Part shown: positions 40,813 to 53,799 of the stretch, one piece after another
How the letters are laid out: each line of letters starts with the position of its first letter
Numbering within the stretch: the stretch's first letter is position 1
Assembly: GCA_964057225.1 (NCBI GenBank)
Contig: OZ059894.1
Location: 19,158,001 to 19,222,000 of the forward strand
Direction of reading: 5' to 3'
Length of the DNA stretch: 64,000 nucleotides
Source of the DNA: Auanema rhodensis
Taxonomy: Eukaryota; Animalia; Nematoda
Notes under the pieces: model-generated
The model's input: the letters and a program-made list of their open reading frames with translations, nothing else
Database searches by the model: none
What the model was told of the DNA's origin: nothing
Made by a program: the position numbers and the translations under genes

Positions 40813-43800
40813 CTATACTACATTGAGAAACGCTTAATACAAAAATTAGTTATGATCGTTTGAAAAATGATGCATTAGTGTATGTTGAGTTTCCATGTAC
40901 ACTCAACATTGCTTCCAAAAACATTTTGACAAAAATTTTTTCAAAAAATTTCAAAATAAATTTGCAAAAAGTAGATGTTTTTAGATTTCTTTTTTCAAGG
41001 CAAAGACGATGGACAATGTTATTCAACGAAAAAATTAATTCTTTAGGGTGAAAATCGAGGATATAAGTGTGAACTTATATCAGTTGATACCTCGGTGCTT
41101 TTTTAAGCTAGCGCAAATCTGATAACACAGATCGACGCAGCTTAAAAATCCGCATCGAATGCACTATACTACATTGAGAAACGCTTAATACAAAAATTAG
41201 TTATGATCGTTTGAAAAATGATGCATTAGTGTATGTTGAGTTTCCATGTACACTCAACATTGCTTCCAAAAACATTTTGACAAAAATTTTTTCGAAAAAT
41301 TTCAAAATAATTTAGCAAAAAGTAGATGTTTTTAGATTCCATTTTTCAAGGCAAAGACGATGGACAATGTTATTCAACGAAAAAATTAATTCTTCAGGGT
41401 GAAAATCGAGGATATAAGTGTGAACTTATATCAGTTGATATCTCGGTGCATTTTTAAGCTAGCGCAAATCTGATAACACAGATCGACGCAGCTTAAAAAT
41501 CCGCATCGAATGCACTATACTACATTGAGAAACGCTTAATACAAAAATTAGTTATGATCGTTTGAAAAATGATGCATTAGTGTATGTTGAGTTTCCATGT
41601 ACACTCAACATTGCTTCCAAAAACATTTTGACAAAAATTTTTTCAAAAAATTTCAAAATAATTTAGCAAAAAGTAGATGTTTTTAGATTTCTTCTTTCAA
41701 GGCAAAGACGATGGACAATGTTATTCAACGAAAAAATTAATTCTTTAGGGTGAAAATCGAGGATATAAGTGTGAACTTATATCAGTTGATACCTCGGTGC
41801 TTTTTTAAGCTAGCGCAAATCTGATAACACAGATCGACGCAGCTTAAAAATCCGCATCGAATGCACTATACTACATTGAGAAACGCTTAATACAAAAATT
41901 AGTTATGATCGTTTGAAAAATGATCCATTAGTGTATGTTGAGTTTCCATGTACACTCAACATTGCTTCCAAAAACATTTTGACAAAAAATTTTTCGAAAA
42001 ATTTCAAAATAAATTAGCAAAAAGTAGATGTTTTTAGATTCCTTTTTTCAAGGCAAAGACGATGGACAATGTTATTCAACGAAAAAATTAATTCTTCAGG
42101 GTGAAAATCGAGGATATAAGTGTGAACTTATATCAGTTGATATCTCGGTGCATTTTTAAGCTAGCGCAAATCTGATAACACAGATCGACGCAGCTTACAA
42201 ATCCGCATCGAATGCAGTATACTACATTGAGAAACGCTTAATACAAAAATTAGTTATGATCGTTTGAAAAATGATCCATTAGTGTATGTTGAGTTTCCAT
42301 GTACACTCAACATTGCTTCCAAAAACATTTTGACAAAAATTTTTTCGAAAAATTTCAAAATAAATTAGCAAAAAGTAGATGTTTTTAGATTCCTTTTTTC
42401 AAGGAAAAGACGATGGACAATGTTATTCAACGAAAAAATTAATTCTTTAGGGTGAAAATCGAGGATATAAGTGTGAACTTATATCAGTTGATACCTCGGT
42501 GCTTTTTTAAGCTAGCGCAAATCTGATAACACAGATCGACGCAGCTTAAAAATCCGCATCGAATGCACTATACTACATTGAGAAACGCTTAATACAAAAA
42601 TTAGTTATGATCGTTTGAAAAATGATGCATTAGTGTATGTTGAGTTTCCATGTACACTCAACATTGCTTCCAAAAACATTTTGACAAAAATTTTTTCGAA
42701 AAATTTCAAAATAATTTAGCAAAAAGTAGATGTTTTTAGATTCCATTTTTCAAGGCAAAGACGATGGACAATGTTATTCAACGAAAAAATTAATTCTTCA
42801 GGGTGAAAATCGAGGATATAAGTGTGAACTTATATCAGTTGATATCTCGGTGCATTTTTAAGCTAGCGCAAATCTGATAACACAGATCGACGCAGCTTAA
42901 AAATCCGCATCGAATGCACTATACTACATTGAGAAACGCTTAATACAAAAATTAGTTATGATCGTTTGAAAAATGATGCATTAGTGTATGTTGAGTTTCC
43001 ATGTACACTCAACATTGCTTCCAAAAACATTTTGACAAAAATTTTTTCAAAAAATTTCAAAATAATTTAGCAAAAAGTAGATGTTTTTAGATTTCTTCTT
43101 TCAAGGCAAAGACGATGGACAATGTTATTCAACGAAAAAATTAATTCTTTAGGGTGAAAATCGAGGATATAAGTGTGAACTTATATCAGTTGATACCTCG
43201 GTGCTTTTTTAAGCTAGCGCAAATCTGATAACACAGATCGACGCAGCTTAAAAATCCGCATCGAATGCACTATACTACATTGAGAAACGCTTAATACAAA
43301 AATTAGTTATGATCGTTTGAAAAATGATGCATTAGTGTATGTTGAGTTTCCATGTACACTCAACATTGCTTCCAAAAACATTTTGACAAAAATTTTTTCG
43401 AAAAATTTCAAAATAATTTAGCAAAAAGTAGATGTTTTTAGATTCCATTTTTTAAGGTAAAGACGATGGACAATGTTATTCAACGAAAAAATTAATTCTT
43501 CAGGGTGAAAATCGAGGATATAAGTGTGAATTTATATCAGTTGATATCTCGGTGCATTTTTAAGCTAGCGCAAATCTGATAACACAGATCGACGCAGCTT
43601 AAAAATCCGCATCGAATGCACTATACTACATTGAAAAACGCTTAATACAAAAATTAGTTATGATCGTTTGAAAAATGATGCATTAGTGTATGTTGAGTTT
43701 CCATGTACACTCAACATTGCTTCCAAAAACATTTTGACAAAAATTTTTTCAAAAAATTTCAAAATAATTTAGCAAAAAGTAGATGTTTTTAGATTTCTTC

Positions 43801-44322
43801 TTTCAAGGCAAAGACGATGGACAATGTTATTCAACGAAAAAATTAATTCTTTAGGGTGAAAATCGAGGATATAAGTGTGAACTTATATCAGTTGATACCT
43901 CGGTGCTTTTTTTAGCTAGCGCAAATCTGATAACACAGATCGACGCAGCTTAAAAATCCGCATCGAATGCACTATACTACATTGAGAAACGCTTAATACA
44001 AAAATTAGTTATGATCGTTTGAAAAATGATGCATTAGTGTATGTTGAGTTTCCATGTACACTCAACATTGCTTCCAAAAACATTTTGACAAAAATTTTTT
44101 CGAAAAATTTCAAAATAATTTAGCAAAAAGTAGATGTTTTTAGATTCCATTTTTTAAGGTAAAGACGATGGACAATGTTATTCAACGAAAAAATTAATTC
44201 TTCAGGGTGAAAATCGAGGATATAAGTGTGAATTTATATCAGTTGATATCTCGGTGCATTTTTAAGCTAGCGCAAATCTGATAACACAGATCGACGCAGC
44301 TTAAAAATCCGCATCGAAAGCT
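40813..44322. repeat. Variant domain B': dimeric (702-bp) higher-order repeat, five units
   Basis: The haplotype TCTTTAGGG+GATACC+GCTTTTTT is in alternate monomers, with the variant C at 41090, 41792, 42494, 43196 and 43898. Confidence 0.9.
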
Positions 44323-44673
44323 CTATACTACATTGAGAAACGCTTAATACAAAAATTAGTTATGATCGTTTGAAAAATGATGCATTAGTGTATGTTGAGT
44401 TTCCATGTACACTCAACATTGCTTCCAAAAACATTTTGACAAAAATTTTCTCGAAAAATTTCAAAATAATTTAGCAAAAAGTAGATGTTTTTAGATTCCA
44501 TTTTTCAAGGCGAAGACGATGGACAATGTTATTCAACGAAAAAATTAATTCTTCAGGGTGAAAATCGAGGATATAAGGGTGAACTTATATCAGTTGATAT
44601 CTCGGTGCATTTTTAAGCTAGCGCAAATCTGATAACACAGATCGACGCAGCTTAAAAATCCGCATCGAATGCA

Positions 44674-47600
44674 CTATACTACATTGAGAAACGCTTAATA
44701 CAAAAATTAGTTATGATCGTTTGAAAAATGATGCATTAGTGTATGTTGAGTTTCCATGTACACTCAACATTGCTTCCAAAAACATTTTGACAAAAATTTT
44801 TTCGAAAAATTTCAAAATAATTTAGCAAAAAGTAGATGTTTTTAGATTCCATTTTTCAAGGCAAAAACGATGGACAATGTTATTCAACGAAAAAATTAAT
44901 TCTTAAGGGTGAAAATCGAGGATATAAGTGTGAACTTATATCAGTTGATATCTCTGTGCATTTTTGAGCTAGCGCAAATCTGATAACACAGATCGACGCA
45001 GCTTAAAAATCCGCATCGAATGCACTATACTACATTGAGAAACGCTTAATACAAAAATTAGTTATGATCGTTTGAAAAATGATGCATTAGTGTATGTTGA
45101 GTTTCGATGTACACTCAACATTGCTTCCAAAAACATTTTGACAAAAATTTTTTCGAAAAATTTCAAAATAATTTAGCAAAAAGTAGATGTTTTTAGATTC
45201 TATTTTTCAAGGCAAAGACGATGGACAATGTTATTCAACGAAAAAATTAATTCTTCAGGGTGAAAATCGAGGATATAAGTGTGAACTTATATCAGTTGAT
45301 ATCTCGGTGCATTTTTAAGCTAGCGCAAATCTGATAACACAGATCGACGCAGCTTAAAAATCCGCATCGAATGCACTATACTACATTGAGAAACGCTTAA
45401 TACAAAAATTAGTTATGATCGTTTGAAAAATGATGCATTAGTGTATGTTGAGTTTCCATGTACACTCAACATTGCTTCCAAAATCATTTTGACAAAAATT
45501 TTTTCGAAAAATTTCAAAATAAATTAGCAAAAAGTAGATGTTTTTAGATTTCTTTTTTCAAGGCAAAGACGATGGACAATGTTATTCAACGAAAAAATTA
45601 ATTCTTCAGGGTGAAAATCGAGGATATAAGTGTGAACTTATATCAGTTGATATCTCGGTGCATTTTTAAGCTAGCGCAAATCTGATAACACAGATCGACG
45701 CAGCTTAAAAATCCGCATCAAATGCACTATACTACATTGAGAAACGCTTCATACAAAAATTAGTTATGATCGTTTGAAAAATGATGCATTAGTGTATGTT
45801 GAGTTTCCATGTACACTCAACATTGCTTCCAAAAACATTTTGACAAAAATTTTTTCGAAAAATTTCAAAATAAATTAGCGAAAAGTAGATGTTTTTAGAA
45901 TTCATTTTTCAAGGCAAAGACGATGGACAATGTTATTCAACAAAAAAATTAATTCTTCAGGGTGAAAATCGAGGATATACGTGTGAACTTATATCAGTTG
46001 ATATCTCGGTGCATTTTTAAGCTAGCGCAAATCTGATAACACAGATCGACGCAGCTTAAAAATCCCCATCGAATGCACTATACTACATTGAGAAACGCTT
46101 AATACAAAAATTAGTTATGATCGTTTGAAAAATGATGCATTAGTGTATGTTGAGTTTCCATGTACACTCAACATTGCTTCCAAAAACATTTTGACAAAAA
46201 TTTTTTCGAAAAATTTCAAAATAATTTAGCAAAAAGTAGATGTTTTTAGATTCCATTTTTCAAGGCAAAAACGATGGACAATGTTATTCAACGAAAAAAT
46301 TAATTCTTAAGGGTGAAAATCGAGGATATAAGTGTGAACTTATATCAGTTGATATCTCTGTGCATTTTTGAGCTAGCGCAAATCTGATAACACAGATCGA
46401 CGCAGCTTAAAAATCCGCATCGAATGCACTATACTACATTGAGAAACGCTTAATACAAAAATTAGTTATGATCGTTTGAAAAATGATGCATTAGTGTATG
46501 TTGAGTTTCGATGTACACTCAACATTGCTTCCAAAAACATTTTGACAAAAATTTTTTCGAAAAATTTCAAAATAATTTAGCAAAAAGTAGATGTTTTTAG
46601 ATTCTATTTTTCAAGGCAAAGACGATGGACAATGTTATTCAACGAAAAAATTAATTCTTCAGGGTGAAAATCGAGGATATAAGTGTGAACTTATATCAGT
46701 TGATATCTCGGTGCATTTTTAAGCTAGCGCAAATCTGATAACACAGATCGACGCAGCTTAAAAATCCGCATCGAATGCACTATACTACATTGAGAAACGC
46801 TTAATACAAAAATTAGTTATGATCGTTTGAAAAATGATGCATTAGTGTATGTTGAGTTTCCATGTACACTCAACATTGCTTCCAAAATCATTTTGACAAA
46901 AATTTTTTCGAAAAATTTCAAAATAAATTAGCAAAAAGTAGATGTTTTTAGATTTCTTTTTTCAAGGCAAAGACGATGGACAATGTTATTCAACGAAAAA
47001 ATTAATTCTTCAGGGTGAAAATCGAGGATATAAGTGTGAACTTATATCAGTTGATATCTCGGTGCATTTTTAAGCTAGCGCAAATCTGATAACACAGATC
47101 GACGCAGCTTAAAAATCCGCATCAAATGCACTATACTACATTGAGAAACGCTTAATACAAAAATTAGTTATGATCGTTTGAAAAATGATGCATTAGTGTA
47201 TGTTGAGTTTCCATGTACACTCAACATTGCTTCCAAAAACATTTTGACAAAAATTTTTTCGAAAAATTTCAAAATAAATTAGCGAAAAGTAGATGTTTTT
47301 AGAATTCATTTTTCAAGGCAAAGACGATGGACAATGTTATTCAACAAAAAAATTAATTCTTCAGGGTGAAAATCGAGGATATACGTGTGAACTTATATCA
47401 GTTGATATCTCGGTGCATTTTTAAGCTAGCGCAAATCTGATAACACAGATCGACGCAGCTTAAAAATCCCCATCGAATGCACTATACTACATTGAGAAAC
47501 GCTTAATACAAAAATTAGTTATGATCGTTTGAAAAATGATGCATTAGTGTATGTTGAGTTTCCATGTACACTCAACATTGCTTCCAAAAACATTTTGACA

Positions 47601-50600
47601 AAAATTTTTTCGAAAAATTTCAAAATAATTTAGCAAAAAGTAGATGTTTTTAGATTCCATTTTTCAAGGCAAAAACGATGGACAATGTTATTCAACGAAA
47701 AAATTAATTCTTAAGGGTGAAAATCGAGGATATAAGTGTGAACTTATATCAGTTGATATCTCTGTGCATTTTTGAGCTAGCGCAAATCTGATAACACAGA
47801 TCGACGCAGCTTAAAAATCCGCATCGAATGCACTATACTACATTGAGAAACGCTTAATACAAAAATTAGTTATGATCGTTTGAAAAATGATGCATTAGTG
47901 TATGTTGAGTTTCCATGTACACTCAACATTGCTTCCAAAAACATTTTGACAAAAATTTTTTCGAAAAATTTCAAAATAAATTAGCAAAAAGTAGATGTTT
48001 TTAGATTTCTTTTTTCAAGGCAAAGACGATGGACAATGTTATTCAACGAAAAAATTAATTCTTCAGGGTGAAAATCGAGGATATAAGTGTGAACTTATAT
48101 CAGTTGATATCTCGGTGCATTTTTAAGCTAGCGCAAATCTGATAACACAGATCGACGCAGCTTAAAAATCCGCATCAAATGCACTATACTACATTGAGAA
48201 ACGCTTAATACAAAAATTAGTTATGATCGTTTGAAAAATGATGCATTAGTGTATGTTGAGTTTCCATGTACACTCAACATTGCTTCCAAAAACATTTTGA
48301 CAAAAATTTTTTCGAAAAATTTCAAAATAAATTAGCGAAAAGTAGATGTTTTTAGAATTCATTTTTCAAGGCAAAGACGATGGACAATGTTATTCAACAA
48401 AAAAATTAATTCTTCAGGGTGAAAATCGAGGATATACGTGTGAACTTATATCAGTTGATATCTCGGTGCATTTTTAAGCTAGCGCAAATCTGATAACACA
48501 GATCGACGCAGCTTAAAAATCCGCATCGAATGCACTATACTACATTGAGAAACGCTCAATACAAAAATTAGTTATGATCGTTTGAAAAATGATGCATTAG
48601 TGTATGTTGAGTTTCCATGTACACTCAACATTGCTTCCAAAAACATTTTGACAAAAATTTTTTCGAAAAATTTCAAAATAAATTAGCAAAAAGTAGATGT
48701 TTTTAGATTCCTTTTTTCAAGGCAAAGACGATGGACAATGTTATTCAACGAAAAAATTAATTCTTCAGGGTGAAAATCGAGGATATAAGTGTGAACTTTT
48801 ATCAGTTGATATCTCGGTGCATCTTCAAGCTAGCGCAAATCTGATAACACAGATCGACGCAGCTTAAAAATCCGCATCGAATGCACTATACTACATTGAG
48901 AAACGCTTAATACAAAAATTAGTTATGATCGTTTGAAAAATGATGCATTAGTGTATGTTGAGTTTCCATGTACACTCAACATTGCTTCCAAAAACATTTT
49001 GACAAAAATTTTTTCGAAAAATTTCAAAATAAATTAGCAAAAAGTAGATGTTTTTAGATTTCTTTTTTCAAGGCAAAGACGATGGACAATGTTATTCAAC
49101 GAAAAAATTAATTCTTCAGGGTGAAAATCGAGGATATAAGTGTGAACTTATATCAGTTGATATCTCGGTGCATTTTTAAGCTAGCGCAAATCTGATAACA
49201 CAGATCGACGCAGCTTAAAAATCCGCATCAAATGCACTATACTACATTGAGAAACGCTTAATACAAAAATTAGTTATGATCGTTTGAAAAATGATGCATT
49301 AGTGTATGTTGAGTTTCCATGTACACTCAACATTGCTTCCAAAAACATTTTGACAAAAATTTTTTCGAAAAATTTCAAAATAAATTAGCGAAAAGTAGAT
49401 GTTTTTAGAATTCATTTTTCAAGGCAAAGACGATGGACAATGTTATTCAACAAAAAAATTAATTCTTCAGGGTGAAAATCGAGGATATACGTGTGAACTT
49501 ATATCAGTTGATATCTCGGTGCATTTTTAAGCTAGCGCAAATCTGATAACACAGATCGACGCAGCTTAAAAATCCGCATCGAATGCACTATACTACATTG
49601 AGAAACGCTTAATACAAAAATTAGTTATGATCGTTTGAAAAATGATGCATTAGTGTATGTTGAGTTTCCATGTACACTCAACATTGCTTCCAAAATCATT
49701 TTGACAAAAATTTTTTCGAAAAATTTCAAAATAAATTAGCAAAAAGTAGATGTTTTTAGATTTCTTTTTTCAAGGCAAAGACGATGGACAATGTTATTCA
49801 ACGAAAAAATTAATTCTTCAGGGTGAAAATCGAGGATATAAGTGTGAACTTATATCAGTTGATATCTCGGTGCATTTTTAAGCTAGCGCAAATCTGATAA
49901 CACAGATCGACGCAGCTTAAAAATCCGCATCAAATGCACTATACTACATTGAGAAACGCTTAATACAAAAATTAGTTATGATCGTTTGAAAAATGATGCA
50001 TTAGTGTATGTTGAGTTTCCATGTACACTCAACATTGCTTCCAAAAACATTTTGACAAAAATTTTTTCGAAAAATTTCAAAATAAATTAGCGAAAAGTAG
50101 ATGTTTTTAGAATTCATTTTTCAAGGCAAAGACGATGGACAATGTTATTCAACAAAAAAATTAATTCTTCAGGGTGAAAATCGAGGATATACGTGTGAAC
50201 TTATATCAGTTGATATCTCGGTGCATTTTTAAGCTAGCGCAAATCTGATAACACAGATCGACGCAGCTTAAAAATCCCCATCGAATGCACTATACTACAT
50301 TGAGAAACGCTTAATACAAAAATTAGTTATGATCGTTTGAAAAATGATGCATTAGTGTATGTTGAGTTTCCATGTACACTCAACATTGCTTCCAAAAACA
50401 TTTTGACAAAAATTTTTTCGAAAAATTTCAAAATAATTTAGCAAAAAGTAGATGTTTTTAGATTCCATTTTTCAAGGCAAAAACGATGGACAATGTTATT
50501 CAACGAAAAAATTAATTCTTAAGGGTGAAAATCGAGGATATAAGTGTGAACTTATATCAGTTGATATCTCTGTGCATTTTTGAGCTAGCGCAAATCTGAT

Positions 50601-53600
50601 AACACAGATCGACGCAGCTTAAAAATCCGCATCGAATGCACTATACTACATTGAGAAACGCTTAATACAAAAATTAGTTATGATCGTTTGAAAAATGATG
50701 CATTAGTGTATGTTGAGTTTCCATGTACACTCAACATTGCTTCCAAAAACATTTTGACAAAAATTTTTTCGAAAAATTTCAAAATAAATTAGCAAAAAGT
50801 AGATGTTTTTAGATTTCTTTTTTCAAGGCAAAGACGATGGACAATGTTATTCAACGAAAAAATTAATTCTTCAGGGTGAAAATCGAGGATATAAGTGTGA
50901 ACTTATATCAGTTGATATCTCGGTGCATTTTTAAGCTAGCGCAAATCTGATAACACAGATCGACGCAGCTTAAAAATCCGCATCAAATGCACTATACTAC
51001 ATTGAGAAACGCTTAATACAAAAATTAGTTATGATCGTTTGAAAAATGATGCATTAGTGTATGTTGAGTTTCCATGTACACTCAACATTGCTTCCAAAAA
51101 CATTTTGACAAAAATTTTTTCGAAAAATTTCAAAATAAATTAGCGAAAAGTAGATGTTTTTAGAATTCATTTTTCAAGGCAAAGACGATGGACAATGTTA
51201 TTCAACAAAAAAATTAATTCTTCAGGGTGAAAATCGAGGATATACGTGTGAACTTATATCAGTTGATATCTCGGTGCATTTTTAAGCTAGCGCAAATCTG
51301 ATAACACAGATCGACGCAGCTTAAAAATCCGCATCGAATGCACTATACTACATTGAGAAACGCTCAATACAAAAATTAGTTATGATCGTTTGAAAAATGA
51401 TGCATTAGTGTATGTTGAGTTTCCATGTACACTCAACATTGCTTCCAAAAACATTTTGACAAAAATTTTTTCGAAAAATTTCAAAATAAATTAGCAAAAA
51501 GTAGATGTTTTTAGATTCCTTTTTTCAAGGCAAAGACGATGGACAATGTTATTCAACGAAAAAATTAATTCTTCAGGGTGAAAATCGAGGATATAAGTGT
51601 GAACTTTTATCAGTTGATATCTCGGTGCATCTTTAAGCTAGCGCAAATCTGATAACACAGATCGACGCAGCTTAAAAATCCGCATCGAATGCACTAAACT
51701 ACATTGAGAAACGCTTAATACAAAAATTAGTTATGATCGTTTGAAAAATGATGCATTAGTGTATGTTGAGTTTCCATGTACACTCAACATTGCTTCCAAA
51801 AACATTTTGACAAAAATTTTTTCGAAAAATTTCAAAATAAATTAGCGAAAAGTAGATGTTTTTAGAATTCATTTTTCAAGGCAAAGACGATGGACAATGT
51901 TATTCAACAAAAAAATTAATTCTTCAGGGTGAAAATCGAGGATATAAGTGTGAACTTATATCAGTTGATATCTCGGTGCATTTTTAAGCTAGCGCAAATC
52001 TGATAACACAGATCGACGCAGCTTAAAAATCCGCATCGAATGCACTATACTACATTGAGAAACGCTCAATACAAAAATTAGTTATGATCGTTTGAAAAGT
52101 GATGCATTAGTGTATGTTGAGTTTCCATGTACACTCAACATTGCTTCCAAAAACATTTTGACAAAAATTTTTTCGAAAAATTTCAAAATAAATTAGCGAA
52201 AAGTAGATGTTTTTAGAATTCATTTTTCAAGGCAAAGACGATGGACAATGTTATTCAACGAAAAAATTAATTCTTCAGGGTGAAAATCGAGGATATAAGT
52301 GTGAACTTTTATCAGTTGATATCTCGGTGCATCTTTAAGCTAGCGCAAATCTGATAACACAGATCGACGCAGCTTAAAAATCCGCATCGAATGCACTATA
52401 CTACATTGAGAAACGCTTAATACAAAAATTAGTTATGATCGTTTGAAAAATGATGCATTAGTGTATGTTGAGTTTCCATGTACACTCAACATTGCTTCCA
52501 AAAACATTTTGACAAAAATTTTTTCGAAAAATTTCAAAATAAATTAGCAAAAAGTAGATGTTTTTAGATTCCTTTTTTCAAGGCAAAGACGATGGACAAT
52601 GTTATTCAACGAAAAAATTAATTCTTCAGGGTGAAAATCGAGGATATAAGTGTGAACTTTTATCAGTTGATATCTCGGTGCATCTTTAAGCTAGCGCAAA
52701 TCTGATAACACAGATCGACGCAGCTTAAAAATCCGCATCGAATGCACTAAACTACATTGAGAAACGCTTAATACAAAAATTAGTTATGATCGTTTGAAAA
52801 ATGATGCATTAGTGTATGTTGAGTTTCCATGTACACTCAACATTGCTTCCAAAAACATTTTGACAAAAATTTTTTCGAAAAATTTCAAAATAAATTAGCG
52901 AAAAGTAGATGTTTTTAGAATTCATTTTTCAAGGCAAAGACGATGGACAATGTTATTCAACAAAAAAATTAATTCTTCAGGGTGAAAATCGAGGATATAA
53001 GTGTGAACTTATATCAGTTGATATCTCGGTGCATTTTTAAGCTAGCGCAAATCTGATAACACAGATCGACGCAGCTTAAAAATCCGCATCGAATGCACTA
53101 TACTACATTGAGAAACGCTCAATACAAAAATTAGTTATGATCGTTTGAAAAGTGATGCATTAGTGTATGTTGAGTTTCCATGTACACTCAACATTGCTTC
53201 CAAAAACATTTTGACAAAAATTTTTTCGAAAAATTTAAGAATAATTTAGCAAAAAGTAGATGTTTTTAGATTTCTTTTTTCAAGACAAAGACGATGGACA
53301 ATGTTATTCAACGAAAAAATTAATTCTTCAGGGTGAAAATCGAGGATATAAGTGTGAACTTTTATCAGTTGATATCTCGGTGCATCTTTAAGCTAGCGCA
53401 AATCTGATAACACAGATCGACGCAGCTTAAAAATCCGCATCGAATGCACTATACTACATTGAGAAACGCTTAATACAAAAATTAGTTATGATCGTTTGAA
53501 AAATGATGCATTAGTGTATGTTGAGTTTCCATGTACACTCAACATTGCTTCCAAAAACATTTTGACAAAAATTTTTTCGAAAAATTTCAAAATAATTTAG

Positions 53601-53799
53601 CAAAAAGTAGATGTTTTTAGATTCCATTTTTCAAGGCAAAGACGATGGACAATGTTATTCAACAAAAAAATTAATTCTTCAGGGTGAAAATCGAGGATAT
53701 AAGTGTAAACTTATATCAGTTGATATCTCGGTGCATTTTTAAGCTGGCGCAAATCTGATAACACAGATCGACGCAGCTTAAAAATCCGCATCAAATGCA
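44674..53799. repeat. Variant domain C': 4-mer (1404 bp) HOR reworked by 8- and 3-monomer-offset duplications
   Basis: A monomer with GCAAAAACG+CTTAAGG+CTCTGTG starts at 44674/46078/47482/50290. TTCGATG occurs at 45106/46510. 46780-48885 matches 49588-51693 (offset 2808). CACTAAACT occurs at 51697/52750 (offset 1053). Confidence 0.85.

Noticed and set aside
40860-41051. 63-aa ORF from the ORF track
   Set aside because: It starts at TTG and exists only because a private A>T at 40963 turns the TAG present in the other monomers into TTG. The frame is bounded by TGA stops in the consensus and has no recognisable protein features.
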